Shown: one piece after another, positions 57,786 through 64,000 of the stretch
How the letters are laid out: each line of letters begins with the position of its first letter
How positions within the stretch are numbered: the first letter of the stretch is position 1
DNA from: a virus
Taxonomy: Duplodnaviria > Caudoviricetes
DNA length: 64,000 bases
Strand: one strand, 5' to 3'
IMG/VR virus record: IMGVR_UViG_3300025316_001101
The notes under the pieces: generated by a model
Told to the model about the DNA's origin: nothing
Seen by the model: only the letters and a program-made list of their open reading frames with translations
Databases searched by the model: none
Program-made: the position numbers and the translations under genes

Positions 57786-57878
57786 TGCGAGTGACAGGAT
57801 TTGAACCTGCGACCTCCATAGCGTTCCCGGCTACCACGCCGGTGCTTTGGTGTTCCAATCGGGCAGAACTTCACTCAC
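57786..57878 (-). tRNA. tRNA-like gene with hairpin insertion in the anticodon loop (possible Val AAC)
   Basis: GTGAGTG/CACTCGC-A, T-arm; 25-nt loop containing CCGGC-GTGGTA-GCCGG. Confidence 0.55.
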
Positions 57879-57901
57879 AAAAAATTTTTTACCAACTGGC
57901 C

Positions 57902-58033
57902 TTGACGCCATTCTCTGGAAAGTTACAATGTTTGCAGTCGGGAGATTTTACGAAAAGCGGTTCCGCTCGGCGGGAAGGCTTATCGAGGGAATAGACCGGC
58001 GTTTGGCCTTGCGGCCGAACGCCGGTCTTTTTT
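57902..58033 (+). ncRNA. putative sRNA gene (promoter + terminator, no ORF)
   Basis: TTGACG-N16-TACAAT, about 100 nt, 16-bp hairpin plus T-run. Confidence 0.55.
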
Positions 58034-58231
58034 GTTTAATACACCACCCAAAAGATGTGTTTGAGCCCCCAAATTTACCACTTTGTTGATAGTCTAACTA
58101 GGGAATTGATTCTGACAGCGAATGCTGTTATAATTATTTTGTCAATGACCACTAGATTTTACCCCTATGAACCGATAGAATGTCATGTTGAGTCATGACA
58201 TCCTAGTTCTCTTTTATGAAAGGAATTCGTC

Positions 58232-58465
58232 ATGGCCGCTCTAGGAAAGGACGACCGGAAGCGAATGGTCCTGCAAACCATGCAGGGAATTGTCAACGAG
58301 ATTGAGTCCAAAAGACTTCTTCTTGAGGCCATTTTGGAAAATCGACCGGAGCTTGCCGATGAAGTTTACGGCAAAATGCATACGCTTCAGTCGAATCTCG
58401 ATAGCATCTTTTTGATGCTTGAGTACGTAGAAGCTGAATGTCCTTGTACGCAAGGTTCGGCTTAA
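58232..58465 (+). CDS. hypothetical protein
   Basis: SD AGGA, 77 aa. Confidence 0.5.
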   Translation: MAALGKDDRKRMVLQTMQGIVNEIESKRLLLEAILENRPELADEVYGKMHTLQSNLDSIFLMLEYVEAECPCTQGSA

Positions 58466-58902
58466 AAATTATCGAAACTGTTAGGGCCACAACCATTGGG
58501 TCCGCAGTTTCCCTTATTGCCATGAACTGGGCAATTGGGGTTACCGCATCCCTGCACTCCTTGTGCTCCTATTCCTGGTCGTAAAATTTGTCGTCCTGGC
58601 AAGATATATCCAGGTCTCTTAATAGGAGTCGGTTCCGGTTTCACGCCAATAATAGGCTTACGTCCAGGCTTTACTGGTTGCACACCTTGATTATCTGGAG
58701 AAAGTGGCTCTTCCAATTTAGATGGATCTTTTGGATCAACAGGCTTAACATCTGGCCTATAATCGCCAATGGGTTGTTGTCCTTCCATTCTTGGTTGTTG
58801 CCAATCTGCGTTTGCAGCTTTTGTTTTGTAGTTATAAGCTCCAAAAATTGCCACAAACAAAACTAACACCGCACACACTAAACCAACAGTAAGCTTTTGC
58901 AT
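58462..58902 (-). CDS. secreted/membrane-anchored Pro/Gly-rich protein
   Basis: signal-like N-terminus. Confidence 0.55.
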   Translation of the reverse strand: MQKLTVGLVCAVLVLFVAIFGAYNYKTKAANADWQQPRMEGQQPIGDYRPDVKPVDPKDPSKLEEPLSPDNQGVQPVKPGRKPIIGVKPEPTPIKRPGYILPGRQILRPGIGAQGVQGCGNPNCPVHGNKGNCGPNGCGPNSFDNF

Positions 58903-58957
58903 AAAACCCCCTTAATTTTTTCCATATGTATATAGGTATACAATTTTATTTTTCAAG

Positions 58958-59032
58958 TGACCCCAGGCGGATTTGAACCGCACATTCTCACCGTGAAAGG
59001 GTGATGTCCTGACCAGATTAGACGATGGGGCC
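58958..59032 (-). tRNA. tRNA-Glu(TTC)
   Basis: TCACC-CTTTCAC-GGTGA. Confidence 0.88.
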
Positions 59033-59037
59033 AAAAT

Positions 59038-59124
59038 CGGGCGTTTTATTCGTGTGGGGGTCGAACCCACATGTCCCGGCTGAACGCCGAGAATCCTATC
59101 CATTAGATCAACGATTCAACGCCC
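59038..59124 (-). ncRNA. tRNA-like RNA with extended acceptor stem and atypical loop CGTTCAG
   Basis: GGGCGTT-GAA-TCGT / ACGA-ATAA-AACGCCC; normal D and T arms. Confidence 0.55.
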
Positions 59125-59170
59125 TGATACAAAATTCGTGTACTTTGAATTTTGCATGTATCAAATTGTT

Positions 59171-59213
59171 TTAGAATGCCCACCCATCCCTTCGGGATGG
59201 GTGGGCATTCTAA
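59171..59213. repeat. 20-bp perfect hairpin, GAA triloop on minus strand
   Basis: TTAGAATGCCCACCCATCCC-TTC-GGGATGGGTGGGCATTCTAA. Confidence 0.8.
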
Positions 59214-59214
59214 G

Positions 59215-59285
59215 TAGGCAATGAAGGAATCGGACCTTCGCTTCCACCTTGTAAGGATGGCACACTTCCATTATGTTAATCGCCC
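59215..59285 (-). tRNA. tRNA-Val(TAC)
   Basis: CCATC-CTTACAA-GGTGG. Confidence 0.87.
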
Positions 59286-59352
59286 ATGCGGCTATTTCAT
59301 TTTGTAGAGGATTCGAACCTCTCCCTCCCGGCCAGCGGGCGCACCGAGACCA
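59286..59352 (-). pseudogene. degenerate tRNA-like element
   Basis: intact T-arm AGAGG-TTCGAAT-CCTCT; CATGCG/CGCATG closing stem; no proper acceptor or D arm. Confidence 0.35.
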
Positions 59353-59388
59353 CGCATGCACACGAAACTTCCTAGCCTAACGTAACGT

Positions 59389-60123
59389 TTACCTTTTTAA
59401 TTTTTGCCAATAACCTCTTGGCGGTTTGTCTATTTTGTATCCACGACACCATTTTTCAATAGACTTATCTGAAACTCCGAACTTGTTTGCAAGCTGTACA
59501 GTTGGTATCTCCCACACCAATTTACACAACTCTTCTCGGCTCGGTCTTTCTACTCTGCGACAGGCAAATTGCGCACATGATTGAGAGCAATATATTTGAT
59601 CTTCACTTTTCGTATTGTATTCTCGACCACATGAAACACATCTCAATGTTAATATCGGTTTAACCAACTGTTGCAGCGCTTCTATTTTGTGTTGTCCAAA
59701 ATGAATTTCCCGATGACACCTACAACACACTAAGATACACTTACTAATTTCGTCAACAATTTTATCCCAACTCCATTGATAAATCATCTTTCCTGGATCT
59801 CCACTTTTTTTGCTACCTGGATCAATATGATGAAAATCCATTGCTGCAAAACATTTGTTATACCCACACATGCAACACTTGCCACCGAAATATTCTACTG
59901 CCCTCTGCTTTTTCCTCCGTCGTGAATTTATTCTAGATATACTAGATTTTGGTTGCTCCCGTCCATCTATCACCGCAAATGGCTTGGTTAAATTCCTAGT
60001 GTTGTGTTGCCCAAATGGCGAGCACTTTAAGCAAAACATTCTACCCTTGAGATTATGTTTTTTGCCATCTAAAACAATCCAATAGGGAATGTACTCACCA
60101 CATTTTTTACAAAGTCTTTTCAT
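59389..60123 (-). CDS. HNH homing endonuclease with C-terminal HTH
   Basis: GGKCCMCGYNKC.AAMDFHH.DP..KCILVC..CH.E.H. Confidence 0.85.
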   Translation of the reverse strand: MKRLCKKCGEYIPYWIVLDGKKHNLKGRMFCLKCSPFGQHNTRNLTKPFAVIDGREQPKSSISRINSRRRKKQRAVEYFGGKCCMCGYNKCFAAMDFHHIDPGSKKSGDPGKMIYQWSWDKIVDEISKCILVCCRCHREIHFGQHKIEALQQLVKPILTLRCVSCGREYNTKSEDQIYCSQSCAQFACRRVERPSREELCKLVWEIPTVQLANKFGVSDKSIEKWCRGYKIDKPPRGYWQKLKR

Positions 60124-60195
60124 AATTAAACCTCCATTACTTATATAGTAATGCGAGGCTTAATTTACGCTACAATTTATAAAAATGCCGAAAAA

Positions 60196-60267
60196 CAGCG
60201 ACGACGAGAATCGAACTCGCCCCTTCAATTAGACAGATTGAAATGCTAACCAATACACCACGCCGCT
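60196..60267 (-). tRNA. tRNA-Asp(GTC)
   Basis: TCAAT-CTGTCTA-ATTGA, G73. Confidence 0.87.
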
Positions 60268-60334
60268 ATTATCGACCCAGGGGACTTGCGTCCCCTGGGT
60301 CGTTCACAGACATAGGGCATACAATATAACCAAA

Positions 60335-60346
60335 TTGTCAAAGATC
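60335..60346 (-). promoter_or_regulatory. boxA-like antitermination element
   Basis: GATCTTTGACAA resembles rrn boxA (TGCTCTTTAACA). Confidence 0.5.
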
Positions 60347-60417
60347 GAGGGGTCTGCGAGGTCTTCCCGCCAAGGTCGAGCAATCGCTTAAACCATAACC
60401 CGATGGTTTTTATTTAG

Positions 60418-60492
60418 TATCCCCGGTTGGACTCGAACCAACGACTTCTGCCTTCGCAGGGCAGCACTCTTATTCCACTGAGCTACGGGGAC
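60418..60492 (-). tRNA. tRNA-Arg(GCG)
   Basis: CTGCC-CTGCGAA-GGCAG, A20-containing D-loop. Confidence 0.9.
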
Positions 60493-60513
60493 AAATATAT
60501 TCAAAACTCCAAT

Positions 60514-60621
60514 AAAAAAGCCTTCCTTAAATTCCTTTTGGGAACTTGAGGAAGGCTTTTTCTTCTCACTCAGGTTCCCTTTTTGGGGGCTCCTGAGTGC
60601 TATTTCTGCGATCTCAGGAGC
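60514..60621 (-). promoter_or_regulatory. attenuator: alternative hairpins plus intrinsic terminator
   Basis: seg1 GCTCCTGAG pairs seg2 CTCAGGAGC; seg2 CACTCAGG pairs seg3 CCTGAGTG; seg3 GGGAACCTGAG pairs terminator arm CTCAAGTTCCC; terminator 60514-60561 with T6. Confidence 0.75.
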
Positions 60622-60727
60622 AAGTGGTATCGACGGTCTCCGGGCGTTCTGGGCGCACGGCGGCGGGTCGTCCGTTTCCGGCGACTGTCGCTACTGCTCG
60701 CTCTATCGTCCTGAACATCGACATCAT
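60614..60727 (-). CDS. 37-aa leader peptide MMSMFRTIERAVATVAGNGRPAAVRPERPETVDTTCS (not in ORF track)
   Basis: SD GGAG, ATG 60727, TGA 60614-60616 within attenuator segment 1. Confidence 0.75.
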   Translation of the reverse strand: MMSMFRTIERAVATVAGNGRPAAVRPERPETVDTTCS

Positions 60728-60808
60728 TTTGCTCCGTTTACCCTTAGACGCACCATGCGGCCAAAAGGTTCACTAAATTTTTAGGCAGAACATCTGCCTC
60801 GTAACAGT

Positions 60809-60837
60809 ATTATACGCTCGCCAATCCAAATTGTAAA
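60809..60837 (-). promoter_or_regulatory. sigma70-like promoter of the tRNA array leader
   Basis: TTTACA-N17-TATAAT. Confidence 0.8.
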
Positions 60838-60857
60838 GGGGCTGAAAAATTTTTTTC

Positions 60858-61259
60858 TTAGCCTAACCTACGGGCAGCCTCAAGAGCCGCCACGCAATTA
60901 GAGCTAATTACAGCAAATAGATCATCTGGATGGTAGCCCGGCGTCCAGACTGTTTTGCCGCTAGAGTGCCAGACTTCGGCTTTTATGTGACATCCTGCGC
61001 ATAGGCTAATGCCATTCTCTGGCACGTAACCGCCATTTATAATTTCGTGCCGATTGATAATGTGGTGTGCGTCTCCAGCCCGCACACCACACATACGACA
61101 ACGATTATTATCTCGTTTGAAAACAGCATTAACAAATTGCTGTCGAACGAGTTTTTTATTTGCTTTTGCCATTGAGTTCACCATTGAGCTTAGACACACG
61201 CTCTTTGAAACGACCGATCTCTCCATTGATCCATTCCAATCGTTTGGCTTCTTCTTCAA
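60858..61259 (-). CDS. HNH endonuclease
   Basis: VFKRD..C..CG..DAHHI..NGISLCAGCH. Confidence 0.8.
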   Translation of the reverse strand: MKKKPNDWNGSMERSVVSKSVCLSSMVNSMAKANKKLVRQQFVNAVFKRDNNRCRMCGVRAGDAHHIINRHEIINGGYVPENGISLCAGCHIKAEVWHSSGKTVWTPGYHPDDLFAVISSNCVAALEAARRLG

Positions 61260-61530
61260 GCTGCCCTGGAGTCAAGGAACACCACTTGGCTTCATCCTCT
61301 TGCTGTACACGGGCGGATTGAACAGCCAATTGATCTTCAACGGCTCGATTGGCAAGCTGCTGTCTCAACTCAACATTCTTGCGTTGCAAATTCTGCAATG
61401 CTTCGCTTTGCACACGCACGGTATGCTTCGACGTTTTGATTTCAATAGGCTGCCAGTAATGAAAATACACAAAACAGGCAATAGAACTAAAAACAAGATA
61501 CACCAACGTTCCAGAAAATAGACGCTTCAT
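61156..61530 (-). CDS. membrane-anchored coiled-coil protein
   Basis: TM helix then heptads. Confidence 0.55.
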   Translation of the reverse strand: MKRLFSGTLVYLVFSSIACFVYFHYWQPIEIKTSKHTVRVQSEALQNLQRKNVELRQQLANRAVEDQLAVQSARVQQEDEAKWCSLTPGQLEEEAKRLEWINGEIGRFKERVSKLNGELNGKSK

Positions 61531-61602
61531 CTTATCGCTTTCTTACAAATGGGTGAGAAATTACCAAAACCAAACACATTTTACTAGAGATTCAAAACCA
61601 TG

Positions 61603-62187
61603 TCAAGTATGGGCACAACTAACCTCTCGTTGCAAAAATTCTAGTGCCTGCTCTTTATGCTGCCGTGCCCGTTCACGACTAATGCCTAATTCACTTGCTA
61701 TTTGTTTCAGATTCTTACCTTGTAAAAACCAACCAATCAACGCTTGTTTACTCCTAGCTTTAGCTGGCGGGATTTTATCAAGCAACTCATGCAAATCCAT
61801 ACGAGCCTCTTGTTGTCTTCTATCTCGTTCTGAATCGGAATATCGCAATAGACATTCAATAGATTCATTTGGCATAGCGTATATGTTATGCGATCCTCGT
61901 CTTGTGCGATTTCCTCGTTGCTTTAAGATGTAACCCCTTATGCAATAATATGCATAAGTAGAAAACTGCAACCCACGACTGGGATCAAACCGATCAATGG
62001 CATGATAGAGTCCCTGAACGCCGTCGCTAAACTCTTCTGTTTCTTCCAACGCCTGACCTGGGCGTAGTGACGCATGTTTGATCACTATTTTTGCCACAAG
62101 CCCAAGATGATCGACAGGATTAATTTGCGGATTATGCCTTACTTGGGTTACCACGGAATAGTTCCTTTCTATATTTCTACAACCCAC
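61603..62187 (-). CDS. sigma70-family RNA polymerase sigma factor (regions 2 and 4)
   Basis: GL..AIDRFDPSRGLQFSTYAYY.IRG; IASELGISRERARQ. Confidence 0.88.
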   Translation of the reverse strand: MGCRNIERNYSVVTQVRHNPQINPVDHLGLVAKIVIKHASLRPGQALEETEEFSDGVQGLYHAIDRFDPSRGLQFSTYAYYCIRGYILKQRGNRTRRGSHNIYAMPNESIECLLRYSDSERDRRQQEARMDLHELLDKIPPAKARSKQALIGWFLQGKNLKQIASELGISRERARQHKEQALEFLQREVSCAHT

Positions 62188-62795
62188 GGCTGATGAACCA
62201 TTTTGTATGATTCATTCAATATTGACACATTGGTTAAGATAGAATGTGCATTTCTCCATTCTCCACGGGCACAATGAATGTGTCCAAACACTACCAACTT
62301 CGGTTTTATTTGTTCAATTCTCCAAGTCAAAGATTCCGAACCACAAGCCTCTCCTTGTTGATTCCGGTCGCCATAGTATTTCGGTGGACTATGACAAACA
62401 ATGACATCGACATCATCGGGAATCAAGTTCCATTTCCCCATCAATTGATGCTCATCTAAATTAAATGCCCAATCATAAAATTTCTTCTGCCAAGGTGTGC
62501 CATATATCTTCAACCCATTAAACATTGCAAACTCGTCTTGCAAATAAGTCCAAGGAAGTTTAAGTCGCATTACGTCTTGAGGCACTTCATACATCGGCCA
62601 ATCATGATTGCCAGCACATGCGAATACTGGTTTATTGATTCTATTAAGCCAACGACGAAAATCTTGGTCAAGCCAAGCAAGTTGTCGTGTGTACGCACCA
62701 TGATTGCAAATATCGCCAGCAATTAAGACGGCATCACATTCGGGTAATGGTTCTGGAAGATGTCCGTGCATATCGGACATACACGCAAATTTCAT
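62169..62795 (-). CDS. calcineurin-like metallophosphoesterase
   Basis: SDMH, AGD, GNHD, HSPP, GHIH. Confidence 0.92.
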   Translation of the reverse strand: MKFACMSDMHGHLPEPLPECDAVLIAGDICNHGAYTRQLAWLDQDFRRWLNRINKPVFACAGNHDWPMYEVPQDVMRLKLPWTYLQDEFAMFNGLKIYGTPWQKKFYDWAFNLDEHQLMGKWNLIPDDVDVIVCHSPPKYYGDRNQQGEACGSESLTWRIEQIKPKLVVFGHIHCARGEWRNAHSILTNVSILNESYKMVHQPWVVEI

Positions 62796-63103
62796 ATATC
62801 ACTCTCTAAAAGTTCGTGCAGGCATGGCCAACTCTTTCTGTTCTCTAACAGCCATTTGTGAATACTATTTTTAGTATTCTTGCCTTTTAGGCTATGACCG
62901 CTTGCCAATATTTCATCTACAACTTTTACTATATCGGCATCCGTCTTAGCATCCATGAGCTTATCTTTCAAACGGCTTTTTTCAGTAATTTTGCTGGTAG
63001 ATGTGCCATTAAAAATACGACTGCCGTCACGTAATTTAATACGAGAAACGTCTGAAGGCTCTCCCTCAGCAATCAGCCAACCTTTGAAATTTAGTCCGTT
63101 CAT
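62792..63103 (-). CDS. hypothetical protein
   Basis: 103-aa ORF with SD. Confidence 0.55.
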   Translation of the reverse strand: MNGLNFKGWLIAEGEPSDVSRIKLRDGSRIFNGTSTSKITEKSRLKDKLMDAKTDADIVKVVDEILASGHSLKGKNTKNSIHKWLLENRKSWPCLHELLESDI

Positions 63104-63238
63104 ACAGCCCTTCTCAAAGTAATGAAATGGGTTTTAGGGGACTGTTTAGTGATGCTTGCGAACCCACAAAACCTCGGTCAATATGGACGTACACCGGAGA
63201 ACCGATCTCCACATCCCTCTTTTCAAATTCATTACAAG

Positions 63239-63311
63239 AGCGGGTGAAGGGATTTGAACCCTCGACATTCACGTTGGGAACGTGACGCTCTGCCAACTGA
63301 GCTACACCCGC
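63239..63311 (-). tRNA. tRNA-Gly(CCC)
   Basis: TCACG-TTCCCAA-CGTGA, U73. Confidence 0.92.
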
Positions 63312-63709
63312 AAAATTCCAGCGTGGATTTTAGCATGACAATTCCTACACACCACAACACACTTATCTATTTCTTTTTGCACTCTTTCCCAAGAAAGGTT
63401 TTTACCACAACTGCCTAAACCAAACTCTTTATTATCACTGGGATGATGAAAATCTAAACAACACGCTTCTTTTTCAAAACAAAATTTACACCCTACGGAT
63501 GATTTTATCTTATCTACTTTTTCTTTCCTATCACGCTTAAACAATCTCGCTTTTTCTATGTAACCACTCTTATCGGCTAAATAATACTGATGGTTTGCTA
63601 CTGTCTTACAAGATTTACACCTAGATTGCAGTCCATCACTATGCCGAACGTTTACATAAAACTCGCTTGCATCTTTTTCTTCTTGGCACTTAAAGCATGT
63701 TTTTCTCAT
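63302..63709 (-). CDS. HNH homing endonuclease
   Basis: CKFC..CLDFHH..K..KCVVVCRNCHAKIH. Confidence 0.85.
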   Translation of the reverse strand: MRKTCFKCQEEKDASEFYVNVRHSDGLQSRCKSCKTVANHQYYLADKSGYIEKARLFKRDRKEKVDKIKSSVGCKFCFEKEACCLDFHHPSDNKEFGLGSCGKNLSWERVQKEIDKCVVVCRNCHAKIHAGILRV

Positions 63710-63786
63710 GCTTTATATATGCTTCCCAAATCAACATTGTTTGGGAATCACGCCCGCATTTCACTATTTATGATAGTATGCAAAAT

Positions 63787-63919
63787 AAAAAAGGCCCTTG
63801 GAATTGCTGCCAACGCTGGCAGCTTGCAGAACGGAAGGGCAAGTTACCGTCCTGCGAATAAAAATTCCAAGGGCCAAGAGCCAGCCACTTAATATACTAC
63901 AATCGCCACCATTTGTCAA
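63787..63919 (-). ncRNA. putative sRNA gene: promoter plus three-way-junction RNA ending in a T-run
   Basis: TTGACA-N17-TATATT; GGCCCTTGGAATT/AATTCCAAGGGCC enclosing two hairpins, then T6. Confidence 0.55.
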
Positions 63920-64000
63920 GTGAGTGATTCCAACTCGTCTTCGCATATTTCTCCACCCTGATACGGGCCATCACCATCTAGGTCTTGTTGCTCAGAATCA

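Noticed and set aside
32176-57878. Archaeal bulge-helix-bulge introns in the three insert tRNAs
   Set aside because: Manual pairing at 37/38 failed for all three, and at 32/33 for the one tested (48932), to give a 3-4-3 motif
57425-57994. Long ORFs 57425-57994(+), 57526-57858(-) and similar ORFs over tRNAs (e.g. 58912-59103, 63114-63296)
   Set aside because: Shadow frames across tRNA clusters
1-64000. Genome-wide TAG reassignment suggested by the suppressor tRNA
   Set aside because: High coding density under code 11 and TAG stops directly before terminators; no genes seen split by TAG apart from the RF cassette
1-64000. CRISPR array or full rRNA genes
   Set aside because: No regularly spaced repeat-spacer units; rRNA similarity is limited to short modules

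Overview
A 64-kb stretch of a large (jumbo/huge) tailed-phage genome. The host is plausibly a planctomycete, inferred only from a ClpC N-domain protein that resembles planctomycete ClpC as I recall it. Left part: metK, a ParB-like protein, a permuted GHKL ATPase, a glycosyltransferase/methyltransferase island, RNA-repair-type enzymes and a 1554-aa tail-fibre-like protein. From about 27 kb to the end it is a translation-control region. It holds about 35 minus-strand tRNA or tRNA-like genes, none encoding CCA, interleaved with HNH endonucleases and an IS200/IS605 TnpB element, plus a class I release factor and Pth2. Most notable: (1) the RF1-type (PxT, GGQ) release factor appears to need two tandem prfB-style +1 frameshifts at CTT-TAG-C, in a genome that also encodes an amber-suppressor tRNA; (2) the tRNA array is preceded by a sigma70 promoter, a 37-aa leader ORF whose codons almost exactly sample the array's anticodons, and mutually exclusive attenuator hairpins; (3) two related structured ncRNAs carry 23S rRNA-like modules, one a covarying copy of the L11/L10-binding GTPase centre; (4) several non-canonical tRNAs (anticodon-loop hairpin insertions, displaced D-arm, extended acceptor stem). 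All calls are manual; comparisons to rRNA and protein families rely on recalled sequences, not database searches.
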